This document shows positions 14,412-26,256 of a stretch of 64,000 nucleotides of DNA, piece after piece. Where the stretch lies: contig OX597822.1 in NCBI GenBank assembly GCA_951406725.2, positions 82,584,001 through 82,648,000 of the forward strand, given 5' to 3'. A program made the position numbers and the translations under genes. Every line of letters starts with the position of its first letter. Position 1 is the first letter of the stretch. This stretch comes from Octopus vulgaris. Its lineage: Eukaryota. A model generated the notes under the pieces. That model ran no database searches. It had not been told where the DNA came from and was given only the letters and a program-made list of their open reading frames with translations.

Positions 14412-16414
14412 CTATAATTTTTTTCTTGAAGAATAATATATATCTTTGAAGCTGAGGCTTTCTTTCATCACTGCTCGGAGTTTTTATGTATATATATATA
14501 CACACACATATATACACATGACAAGTCCATTAATGATAACCAACAGAATGGTTTTCCAGTTTTACTTACACTTGGTGGTGGTGATGGTGGCGGCGGCAGT
14601 AATGGCATTGCTGGTGGTGGTGGTGGGTGCTGTTGATAGTGAATAGCTTGAAATTTCTCGAACAGAAACACAATGAATGCTCTGTACGATGATGATAATA
14701 TGCCAATTTCTTGTAATAACAAATAGCACAGTATTAGTATTAGTACTAGTATTACTTTGTACATTTCATTCTGTATACCAACTATTTTTGCGGCTGACTC
14801 TCAGTTTTCCTCCCTCCCTCCCTCCCACCCTCATTCGTGGTGAGGCCTATGCACCAGATCTATCAAACAATAACAACAACTACAATAACGACAACAACAG
14901 CAAAAAGAGGAATGGAAAAACTGAAATATAAAAACAGATTGCTGCCACTTAAACCCCCCCACACACACACCCTCACACCCTCACACCCACACACTTTCCC
15001 CTCATCTCCTGCCTCCTAAAGAAAGACTAAACTAATGTCCATAGTGCATTCCTAGTTATTATTTTCTATGCACTATTTGTGCTTTCACTGATGTCTGAGC
15101 TGTTAGGATATTATGCAGAATATTAAACAAGCAACACCTGCTTTTTGTTACCTGCTTTTGTATATTTGCTTATTTATGTATTTTTCTTTTTCTTTTTCTG
15201 TTAATCTATATATAATACCTGTATGTTGTGTTTGGGAATACACACACGTTATGCTCGATTATGAATTTTGCATATCGTAGTCTCATTATTCAGAGTTGTC
15301 CTTCATTCTCGTAAGGTGGAAAGTGTTTATGGACTCATAGCTAGTGAGGATTGCCTTAGTGTTGTCTGGTTCTATCCACAGTTAACCTAATTAGGCTTGG
15401 ACAAGGCTTAGATATGGGTGTCTAGTTCTGGGAGGTTCAGCGGCATATACAGTGCAAGCTAAGTGCTGTAATGTGGCAGTAGGTTCTTGGTAGAGCTGAG
15501 AATCTGCAAGGCCAGTTCAATTCCTTCACTGGTCTGTTTTGTTTTACATACACCTCAGCTTGTCTCTGTGGTTTTACTGCCTGTAATCAGTGGCCAGGAA
15601 GTCCAGTAAACCATAGGTTACACCACTCTTACTTGGCCCATTACGTAAGACAGGAAGCATTCAGTGATGACATTCTAGTGTCAGAAATAAGTGACAATCC
15701 TTAGAGTTAAGAATAGCAAAATATGTTTCATGCAATCTGAGGAACTGACAATTTTAGTTTTTTTAATTGCTTAATCAGTGGACAAAGGGCAATGTTCATG
15801 ACCCTTTTCAGGAGGAGGAAGTGGTGGGGGTAACAACAGCAGTGGTGACAGCAGCTGCAGCGGTGGTTAACAAAATCTATTGCAAGCCCCTGGTAAACCG
15901 GCCTTCTTACAAATTTAGTAATGAATTCTTTAGCATCAGGTCATTCTTGATAAAACAGACCCATGATCAAAAGCATTCCGACCTTTGACCTTGGATTCCT
16001 ATATGCATAGAATCCAAGATAACCTTATCCAACAGGCCTTCTTCAAAGATGATAGAGTGGGATGAGAACATTGCTGCTATTTCCAGCAGGTTGAGCAACT
16101 ACATAGACCTGTGGTTCTCAGCCTTTCTGATATCCAGACCAGATCCATAACCTGGATTTTAGGAGGATGGGGTTGCACACCACAAGAAAATAAAAAAACA
16201 AGGCAATTAAAGAAAAATTTATCATATTTATGAGGAAAGACCCTCAGGGACTGCCAGAAGGATGTTTGAGGGCCACATGCAGCTCTGGGATCCACAGTTA
16301 GGAACCGTTGACATAGACATTCACTTGATAAAATAAAGAGTACTTGTAATATTACAAGGTTTAATTCAGTCATCCATGTTCTTCCATGGACAAATTTAGC
16401 AAACAATATTGTAG

Positions 16415-16563
16415 GAACATTATTTACATTATTGACGGATATTTGTCCTCATCTTGTTTGTTGTTAACAAGTTTCGGCTGATATACCCTCCAGCCTTCAT
16501 CAGGTGTCTTGGGGAAATTTCGAACCTGGGTTCTCATTCTTAAGGTATTTTTTTTTGTTGTTG

Positions 16564-16610
<47 letters not shown>

Positions 16611-16740
16611 ATCACCGTCTAGAATCGAACTTGGAATCTTGGGGTTAGTAACCTTGCTCTTAACCACTACGGGCATATGGCATAGTGGTTTGAGCACGGG
16701 CTACTAACTCCAAGATTCCAAGTTCAATTCCAGGCAGTGA

Positions 16741-16782
<42 letters not shown>

Positions 16783-16950
16783 TAATAACAACAACATTGA
16801 AAAGTGCCTTAGGAATAAGAACCCAGGTTCGAAATTTCCCCAAGACACCTGATGAAGGCTGGAGAGTATATCAGCTGAAACGTGTTAACAACAAACAAGA
16901 AGAGGACAAAATAATGTACATAATTCCTCATCTCTTAAACATAGAACTGC
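16415..16950. mobile_element. Head-to-head pair of a tRNA-headed, HHR-tailed SINE-like element
   Basis: The centre is catatg at 16674-16679. Each arm has an A-box/B-box head (tggcatagtggtt...gttcaattcc / gttcgattct), an (AAT)n linker, then gacacCTGATGAaggctg..cagcc/tGAAAc. Confidence 0.75.
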
Positions 16951-19031
16951 AATATCGTAGGAACTTATCAATTACACAAAGTTTCATCACTCCTTACACT
17001 GACAAATATTACCTGCGCATGGTACCTATTTATAATGTGGTGGAGTGAGCCAGTGAGATGTCAGTTTCATGATAGATACTATACACTACCAATGACAAGG
17101 CAGTGAGCTGACAGAAACATTAGCTCACTGGACAATACGATTGGTGGTATTTCTTGTGGCTTTCTCCATTTTGAGTTCAAATCCAGCTGAGGTCAATTTT
17201 GCCTTTGGGGATTCGTGTAATCAACTTGCACCTCCACACAGAATTGCTGTCTTTATATTTATAGTAAAAATCATCATCATCATGCAATGTTTTAAATTCG
17301 AGTTTTGTCCCCGTTAACAGGGTTGGCCAGATCTACCTCAATGCCATAGCAACTAAGGTAGGCGGGTGCAGCCCACCCCACCCTTTGGGTTGGCTGGTGC
17401 CCATTCTCCTTTGCTATCATGAGGCTTTTTCAGAGCTGCATTTTCTACAGGGAGCATGCTCTTGCTTAGCCCTAACCTTGGTTTCTAGACTTGAGCGGTC
17501 CTGAGACCAAGGCCTCTACCACGATTTTTAAGAAATGTGGTGGAAAACTAGCTCAGGAAAGCAGGAGCACTACTCCCTGAAATCCCTTTTGGAGCCTCCC
17601 TACCTATATTATTATTATTATTCTGGCACACCACTGCTTCCATTGGTTCCACTCCCTCTCTAAGCTGAGAGGTCTTTGTCTTGCAAATTAGCAGGCGGCT
17701 TCGCTGGTGTCACGTAAAAAGCACCACTGCTAGCGCTACGTAAAAAGCACGTGTGCTAGTGCCAAATAAAATATAAAAAGCACCCAGTACACTCTACAAA
17801 GTGGTTGGCATTAGAGAGGGCATCCAGACATAGAAACTATGCCAAAAACAGACAATTGGAGCCTGGTTCAGGTCTCTAGCTTCCCAGCACCTACTAAATT
17901 GTCCAACCCATCCCAGTATGGGGAACGGATGTTAAATAATGCGGAGGAGGAGGAGGTGGCTGAATTGTTAGCACATAGCAGTTCTTCTGGCTCTTTACAT
18001 TCCGAGTTCAAATCCCACTTGGGTACACTTTGCCTTTTATCCTCTCATGGTTGATAAATTAAAGTACCAGTCAAATACTTGGTGGTGGGGAGGGGTGATG
18101 TAATTAGCCCCACCCTCCCTTCAAAATTGCTGGTCTTGTGCCAAAATTAGAAAGAAAAGAATGACATACTTTTAAGAGATGACCCACCCCATTAATCAAT
18201 TCAAGGCTGAAATCCAACTGACTTGAGCCGACCAGAAATAATCTCAAAACCACACATACCTTAACCCATTTATTCTACACACAATCCACTTGGGTTTTAA
18301 CCATTTCAAATTAGAACACATTTTCAATATTGACGGCTTTCTTCAACCCCCCTCCCTCCCCAACTTTCTCTCCCTCTCTTTCTCTCTGTCTATTTTTTTG
18401 TCTCCTTTGCCATTGTCCCTTCTTTTTCTCTCCTCTCTCTTTCTCCAAGTACCTTCCCTACTGTGTTGAATCAATTTATTACCTGTAGATTCCATAGTCT
18501 TACTACCACCACAATCACCTGCAAGAAGTACTACAACCAACACTAGAGTCCCTCCCAACACTACAAATACCAACATTAACAAATGGAGTCCTAGCTACAC
18601 TATGCCTGAGACCAAGACAGGATGGTCGCAGTTGGAATGTCTCTGATTATAGTTTTTGCAGATCATCACTTTCAGAGATGAACTGCAGCCAAACAACAGC
18701 AGTAATAACAACCCATGTTGCTATTAACCATTATACGCCCCTGCATGGCAGCACCACCGTCGCCGCCATCCCCACCACTATCGTTCTTACACCATGCCAC
18801 TAACTCTACCACCTCGTCCACCACACCATTTGTGGATCCCATCACCCCTACACTGCTTCAAGCAGGACAGTCCCCCCAGGCTATAAGCACAAATGGAAAC
18901 TCTTCCCCTAAGTAATACTACCTCCAGCAACACAAATACAATAACCCACTACCACCACTACCACCACCACCTCCACTACTTCTACCACCACCAACACCAC
19001 CACCACCTCCACTACTTTTACTACTACTACC

Positions 19032-19068
<37 letters not shown>

Positions 19069-19346
19069 TCTAATCCAGTAGTCACCCTGTTGTCGTTCCA
19101 TTAAGAAACAGTTTACAATCTAAAGTCCTTACTAAATATCGGTCAAGGATTCTCAGGAATTCTCTGCAACATAAGAACTTCTTTTATTGTTTCAAAGTAC
19201 TTGTTATCAGTGAAGTAAATATGTGTGTGTGTGATTAGTGGCGTATGCAAATGTACATAAACTCTATTGTGTACCCCTTTATTCAGTTGTAAGCATATAT
19301 GCATATATTTGCATCTGTGTATACATATATATAATATATGGGTGTG

Positions 19347-19385
<39 letters not shown>

Positions 19386-19451
19386 CATAGCATATATTAC
19401 ATGTGTGTCTTTGTGCATTTTATATGTATATAAAGGTATTGTGAGTATGTT

Positions 19452-19482
<31 letters not shown>

Positions 19483-20053
19483 TTTATTTATTTATTTGTG
19501 TGTATATGTGAATGTGTGCATACAGGTGTATATGTTTGTATATAAACCAATATTTACTTTTCTATGATTTCTTCACTTATCTCTCCCTCTCTTCTTAAAA
19601 CATATCTAGATTCATATTTCACCTCCTCTACCTCCTCCTCCTCCTCCTCCTCTATTCATGTTGACTTATCTAGCTTGCTGACATCTCTCAAGTAGATCAA
19701 CCAGTTTACTTAAAAGTTTGCAGAAGTATATGTATGTGTACACACACACACACTTCTTTGGTAAATTGTTGTAAGCTGACCCGCCTCTTTTTTCTTTTCT
19801 TTTTCTTTTTTTCCTTCCTGCGACTAAACCATTTTCTGTAAGACTTCCTAACATTGGGATAAAGAAACATTAGCTTTGCAGAAGCAAAATTTGGAAATCT
19901 TCAAATCTTCACTAGAAATATTTCTCCGACTTCATTTCTTGCTTTTCCTTCCTCCTCACAGTAGGATCTTAATCATAATTCTTTCATGTGTGTCTCACAT
20001 ATATAAAGTCATTTTATCTTTCACTTCCATAGTAAAGTAACTGTTTGTAAAAG

Positions 20054-20987
20054 TACTTGTCCGCTAGAGATAGCAGTAGTTCACTCCAGCATGTAATATA
20101 TAGGAAACAAGTGACACACAGTCACCGATCTTCCAAGGCAGCAAGCTGGCAGAATCGTGGTTTAGTTGCATTTCATCCGTCTTCGTGTTCTGAGTTCAAA
20201 TTCTGCTGGGGTTGACTTTGCCTTTCATTCTTTCAGGGTCAATACCTAGCTTTAAGGGTAACGTGAAAGGCCTGTTTAGAGGCCCAACCTTCCAAGTTCT
20301 TTTACAGGGCTTAGAAAAACTGAAGAACCACGGTGTAAGATGCATGAATCTGAGATGAGAATATGATGAATAAATCATAATTTACTGTTCCTTCTGTATT
20401 TTCTTTTATCCAAAGCCTGGAACTTTTCTGTACCCCGTCATATGTTGCCTTGGCATTCTTCTGACATCAATAAATATGTAGATATAAAATACTGGCTAAG
20501 TTGAAAATTAATGAATAACCCAAAATTTCTGAGCTGATATCTCTATTATAACTATTATTATTACAAAGTAATTCTTATCGCTACTTAAACATCACTGTTC
20601 CATAGGAACCGACATTACTGCTATTTTTAACCGCAGGAGGATGCATTCTCCAGCTGGTTATTCAATGCAATCTGCACCCAATATATATGCAAGCAGCAGG
20701 GTGCACCACTCCCATCTTCCAGTCACAAGACCACCAGTCTGTACATGTTCAACCACTTTGTGGTCATCCTCTGGTGGATACTTGTCCGCTAGAGATAGCA
20801 GTAGTTCACTCCAGCATGCAATATATAGAAAACAAGTGACACACAGTCACCGATCTTCCAAAGCAGCAAGCTGGCAGAATCGTTAGCATGCTGGACAAAA
20901 TGTTTCGTGGCATTTCATCCGTATTCACATTCTGAGTTCAAATTCCACTGGGGTTGACTTTGTCTTCCATTCTTTCAGGGTCAATAC
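20054..20987 (+). repeat. Local direct duplication of about 190-210 bp (20054-20245 and 20779-20987)
   Basis: tacttgtccgctagagatagcagtagttcactccagcatg.aatatatag.aaacaagtgacacacagtcaccgatcttccaa.gcagcaagctggcagaatcgt...cattctttcag(g)ggtcaatacc occurs twice. Confidence 0.85.
20245..20442 (+). mobile_element. Mariner-derived MITE, right part; the left part of another copy is at about 8196-8298
   Basis: Decayed transposase C-terminus GLEKLKNHGVRCMNLR*EYDE* followed by TIR aaagcctggaacttttctgtacccc, complementary to gagggagtgttgaaaagttcctggcttt at 8198. The copies share the internal ccaaccttccaagttcttttacagggctt. Confidence 0.65.
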
Positions 20988-21865
20988 CAGTTGAGCACTG
21001 GGATTGATGTAACTGACTTACCAAATTCTGCCGAGGTCGACTTTGCCTTTCATCCTTTTGGGGTTGATAAATTAAGTACCAGTTACATACTGTGTCAATC
21101 TAATCAACTGGCCCACCACCCCCAAAATTTTGGGCCTTGTGCCTAGAGTAGAAAAGAAGGTTATTATTATTGTTATTATATTATTATTATTATTATTTAC
21201 ATTCTGAGTTCAAATCCCGCCAAGGTACTCTTTGCCTTTCATCCTTTCTGGGTTGATAAATTAAGTACCAGTCAAGCAATGGGGTCAATGTAATCTAGCC
21301 CCATACCACCAAATTTCGGCAGAATCATTAGCATGTCAAAAAAATTACTTAGCAGCATTTCTTCTGATTCTTCATGATCAAGGTTCAAATTCCACCAAGG
21401 TCAACTTTGGCTTTTATCTTTTTGGAGTTGATAAAAATAAGTACCAGTTGCACTCGGGGGCAGGGGTCAATGTAATCGACTTACCCACTCACTCAAAAAT
21501 TGCTGGCCTTGTGCTAAAATCTGAAACCATCGTCATCATCATTATTATTATTTGGGGGTCAATAAATTATGTACCAGTTGCATACTGGGGTTGATCTAAT
21601 CGATTGGCCCCCTCCCACCAAATTTCAGCCCTTGTGCCCATAGTAGAAAAGATTATTATTATTATTAAGGTGGTGAGGTGGCAGAATGCTTAGTGGCATT
21701 TCGCCTACCTTTACGTTCTGAGTTCAAATTCCGCTGATGATGACTTTATCCTTTCATCCTTTTGGGGGTCAATAAATTAAGTACCAGTGAAACACTGGGA
21801 CACTGTAATTGACTTACCCTCTCTCCCAAAATTTCAGCCTTTGTGCCTTTAGTAGCAAGGATTAC
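20862..21865 (+). mobile_element. Cluster of about 5-6 head-to-tail/nested copies of tRNA-derived SINE family B
   Basis: Repeated gagctggcagaatcgttagc...ttctgagttcaaattc...gactttgcctttcatcctttcggggtcgataaattaagtaccagtt...ggccttgtgcc...(att)n. Other copies at about 1015-1450(-), 1858-2068, 3440-3650, 17097-17270, 27835-28040, 47168-47380, 48215-48790(-), 52285-52500(-) and 57470-57875. Confidence 0.8.
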
Positions 21866-22085
21866 TATGGCCAAGGTCTCATCAACTTTTTCAAGTTTCA
21901 CTTGAAAAGGAAGATGAGAGTAGAGAGGGAAGTGCTGTCTGGTAGCAAGTTTATTGAAAGGTGGGTGAATGTCGCAAAAATGGCCAGTATGAAGGGACCA
22001 ATTCTGAGGATACACCTGTGAAAAATTGAAAGGAAATATAAAAGGAGAAAGGGGCTCTCTACCCCACTTTTGACCAGGCTTAAAC

Positions 22086-22369
22086 TACACCCTACCATCT
22101 TAAAAAACAAACACACACACATTGAATGATATTGTCCAGGGGACACTAATTCTCCAGAAAATAAACAAGATGTTCACAACTGGAATGCCTTTGATCATAG
22201 ACCGTATGAATCAGAGACGATTTGGAGATAATCAACAACACAGCATGCGTGTGTGTGTATGTGTGTGACATTGTAGTTACCATAAACAGTTCCTTGTGGT
22301 TCTAACAATTCCCATCTATTCTCTGTGGATTTAAGTTATAAGTTCTTGTTATGTTTTTGTCTACATTGT
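22086..22369 (+). repeat. Local direct duplication, copy 1 (copy 2 at 27395-27700)
   Basis: Near-identical sequence apart from (CA)n length and a few substitutions. Confidence 0.9.
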
Positions 22370-23908
22370 CTACATTCATACATATGAATAAATTCAGGTT
22401 TATACCTGTAATTATTGGTGGGACTGGAATACACTGCCTAAATTCCAATCTTTAGAAATTAAGCTTCTCAAAACCAGAAAGGAGGAAACTAATTCGAAGA
22501 CTAAAGGATGCAATCCATTACTCGAACTGTAAATATCTGTAAAACTTTCCAGAAGTTTATCATTTAAATATATTTTAGCATGTCTAGATATGCAACTATA
22601 TGCATGAGAATACATACATAAAGCAAAACACAAATCTGCATGTATATATGCATGTATATATGCATGCATGCATACATATGTACATACATACATACATACA
22701 AAAAAAAAATATAATGTTGATGTTGAAATTCCAATGAAAGAGCCTTGGATCTAGGTTAGAAACCAGCTCTTTTTCTATTGGCAAGAAATCTTGAAATAAA
22801 ACTGAATAATGATACACGCATGCATGCATGCACACACACACACATATGCATACATACATATATGTACACTGATATTATTTGTAGTAGCAAACGAAAGAAA
22901 AAGATTCAGTCACCACAAACAATTTAATTAGGTTGGCTGAAAAAAGAATTGGTAACTATGAACAGTTCTTCTGTGTAGGAATCATGTTGCTCATGAGGTT
23001 TACCATGTTGGAATGTTCCAACGTGGCGATCTGACAAATGGCATGACTCCCACGCAGGTAAAGTATTTGTAGTTGCCAGTTCTAGTTTCAACTGACCAAA
23101 TTACATACACACTGAACATTTCTAGAGATTGTATCGAAATCAAAATATTTTGGCAAACTTGTGGAATTTGATCCAAATTGATGACCTCTCTTCTTCATTT
23201 TGATGTCTATCCAACTCTACATTAATGAATCTATTTGAGAATTCTCAAAACCAAAGTGTCTTGGCTTTGCATATTTTATTGTTGCTTGGTCTGGTCCCTG
23301 GTCAATCTGGATTGAGTAAACTTCATCCCAAAGCTGTTCCTGCTGTGACCATCACACCTGTTACACCTTTTTAGTTGTATCTGAAACTATCAAACAGCCA
23401 TTTTTCTGTTTTCTTTTCTTTTTGTTTTTCTTCAGAGACAAAGAAAAGGTGCAGGTGTGGTGGCCATGTGGTAGGAAGTTTACTTCCCAACTGCATGGTT
23501 TTGGGTTCACTCCCCCGCTGTGCAAGTATTTATAGCAAGTGTCTTTTACTATAGCCCTGGGCTAACCAGAGCCTTGTGAGGGGATTTGGTTGCTGGAAAC
23601 TGAAAGAAGCCCATCATATGTGCATATATATATATATATAAATATGTAAAATCCTCATCATCATTTGACATGTTTCCCGTGCTATTGACATCATATGATA
23701 GTTGTATGTGGGTATTATTGTTAAGCAAGTTGTGTCCTTCAATTCCAATCTTCCATGAAAACATGTCTGGCCATCAGGAAATATAACCTTACTTATAAAC
23801 ATGAAGGGCTCCAGGCTGTAGAAAAACTGTCTCAACATATTCCATCCAACTCATGGAAGCATGCTTGGAGAAGTGGGCATTAAACAGTGATGATGATGAT
23901 GATGATGA

Positions 23909-23957
<49 letters not shown>

Positions 23958-23958
<1 letters not shown>

Positions 23959-24165
23959 GAGTTAATCCAAACATGAAAGCACAAAAGAACACAACAATGC
24001 GAGGACGTGGAACAAATATAGTATTATTGGACGCTCAGGAAAGAAGAAGGGTTTAATGTTTCGAGCGGAGCTCTTCGTCGGAAACATAGGAGAAAGAAAG
24101 ATCCTGAGAAGGGAAGACAGAGGGAAAAAAATCGCCAACGGTACACACGTGGTCACATTTTGACA
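23958..24165 (-). mobile_element. PLE pseudo-LTR-type remnant with a degenerate minimal HHR; related + strand fragments at about 12270-12382 and 37735-37893
   Basis: Minus strand reads gttt-CCGACGA-a-gagc(tcc)gctc-GAAA-catt-aaac, followed by tcctgagcgt as in the 37771-37830 copy (ttt-CTGTGGA-a-gagc(ctag)gctc-GAAA-tgtt-aaag). All three fragments end at (TA)n. Confidence 0.55.
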
Positions 24166-24726
24166 CCAGGACTGTGGAGTTGAAACAAAAAATTTTGTCT
24201 CCGACTCCTCGACTATTGGCACTTCCGACTCTGACTCCTCTTTATGTAAATGAAGTGATTGTGGTCTACATATCTCATAAAGCATATGCATGCACTTGTA
24301 CTTTGAGTAGGCCTATGTGTTATAACTGGTTCATATTAAAGAATAAAGATATTGTGAGTTTTACCAATTCCAACTCCTGCTACTCTTTAATTGTTTCCGA
24401 CTCTGACTCCACAAATCCAACTCCAACTGCACAGCCCTGATACACACACATTCACGCACATATACACATTAGATTCTACACAGTTCTAAGAGAAGGTTGT
24501 AAATGAAACTTTAATGATTCGGCCTTATAAAACAGTACATGTGTGTCTGGTAAAACTACATAATCTATTTATTATATGATTTATATTTCTTCTTTAATTT
24601 GGTACATTTAGTATTTGTTTTAATTGTAAATGCTTTAATTGCATTTTTATTTCAAATTGTTAAAATTGATAAAGTTCTTTTATTGATTAATATATATTTC
24701 ATTCTAAATTTTTATATTTTTTGCAG

Positions 24727-25251
24727 GATTTAAGTGCCTTTGCTATGCCATTGCTTGAAAATGGTTTGCCAGAATCTGAACTTGATGGAGAGTACCGATA
24801 TCGTACTGGATCCACAGGACGTAAAACAAATTTCTTGGGAAAAAAAGACAGTCGACATCGAAGTAAATCTGGAGATGAGAGCAAAGGTCATTCACCGAAT
24901 TCCTCGAAAGTTAAAAGTTTCTTTGACACTTTCCGTCCTCGGTCAAAATCTGATGTTTCTGGAGTTAAAAAACCAAAGAAGCCGCCATTGACTGGAAGCA
25001 TTGAGATAGATGAGTCGACCAGCCTGCACTTGCATGCATCATCTCCATTCGAGCAGAACGGTGTACATTCTTTAAGTATCAGTCCGAACACACTCTCGCC
25101 AATGGGACAGATTCTGGAAGAGCAAATGGTAGGTCAGTTCAAGCCAAACTCTGGACCAACAACACCTGTCGAACAGTTTATAAATATATTTCGAGCTCGA
25201 TCTAATTCTGATTCCAGGACAAAACCTAGACACCCTCCCCTTATGACTCAG
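24727..25251 (+). CDS. PRKAG2: Internal coding exon (175 codons, phase 0/0) of an AMP-activated protein kinase gamma subunit, long N-terminal isoform (PRKAG2 / SNF4Agamma-like)
   Basis: Pyrimidine tract + ttgcag acceptor ends at 24726 and CAG|gtatgt donor follows 25251. The open frame starts DLSAFAMPLLENG, matching from memory human PRKAG2 DLSSFAMPLLDGD, and contains FFDTFRPRSKSD like invertebrate SNF4Agamma N-termini. CBS domains are not in the window. Confidence 0.85.
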
Positions 25252-25338
25252 GTATGTTGTGGAATGCATGCTTTCTTCAAGGTCAACATTGCTATTAATT
25301 ACAGTATAACAAGGTTTGGGGCTAATGCAGTTTCGCAC

Positions 25339-26256
25339 CTCTCCTTGAAAAATGCACTTTTTTTTTAAAAAGATTTTTTCGGATCCCTATGTTTTAGATG
25401 TCGGAGATTATGAATAGAGAGGGGATCCCCCCATTTAAATTGAAATTTTATTTTTTTATCCCTATGTTTTAGATGGCAGAGATTCTGAATATGCAGGAAA
25501 CCACATTTTCAAAATTTTAAATTCAATAAGCAAAAAGATATGTGTATAAAGAGATAGATAGATATGAATGTCTTTCTGGGGCTAAAAGCAACAGTAACAC
25601 CGCCTTCTATAGGACTGCCACATTTAGTTGACAAATATATTTTATGAATAAACGGACAGGGATAAATAGACAGATAAATAAATAAATGGATGAAAAAGTT
25701 CAAAATTTAAAATTGAGGGAGGGGGTGAAATTTGAGCCCCTTATTAAACTTTATAACATTAATTAGTAAACATTAATGTTTGTTTCTCATAAAATGGTGT
25801 ATATTTAATTTACATTAAATTATTATTTATGATTATTTAAGGCAGTCACAAGAAAAACACAAATTCTTTTCACTTTAATGCTTTTGTCTGTATTTAATTT
25901 CGATTTGCATATGTTCGTCAATTCGTTACGATCGGCACAGGAGTGGCTGTGTGGTAAGAAGCTTGCTTCCCAACCACATGGTTCCAGGTTCAGTCCCACT
26001 GCATGGCACCTTGGGCGAGTGTCTTCTACAGTAGCCTCGGGCCAACCAATGCCTTGTGAGTGCATTTGGTAGACGGAAACTGAAAGAAGCCCCTCATATA
26101 TATATATATGTATGTGTGTGTTTGTTATTTGTGTCTGTGTTTGGGTTGGGGGTGAAATTTAAAAAAAAAATTTTTTCTGCTTATTTGTAATCTCCAACAT
26201 ATAAAATGTAGGAATCTTAAAAAATTTTTTGGGAAAAAATGCATTTTTCAAGGAGT
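25339..26256. mobile_element. MITE/foldback-like element with about 80-bp imperfect terminal inverted repeats, interrupted by a SINE (25935-26140)
   Basis: ctccttgaaaaatgcacttttt...tatgttttagatgtcggagatta pairs with taatctccaacatataaaatgtagg...aaaaaatgcatttttcaaggag. Confidence 0.7.

Noticed and set aside
22725-22780. ccaatgaaagagcct..aggttagaaaccagctc as a hammerhead
   Set aside because: The core is too divergent (CCAATGA) to call from one copy; possibly a decayed family member.
24721-25368. 215-aa ORF as a single-exon gene
   Set aside because: It starts at TTG inside the splice acceptor and runs past a clear donor at 25252; only 24727-25251 is supported.
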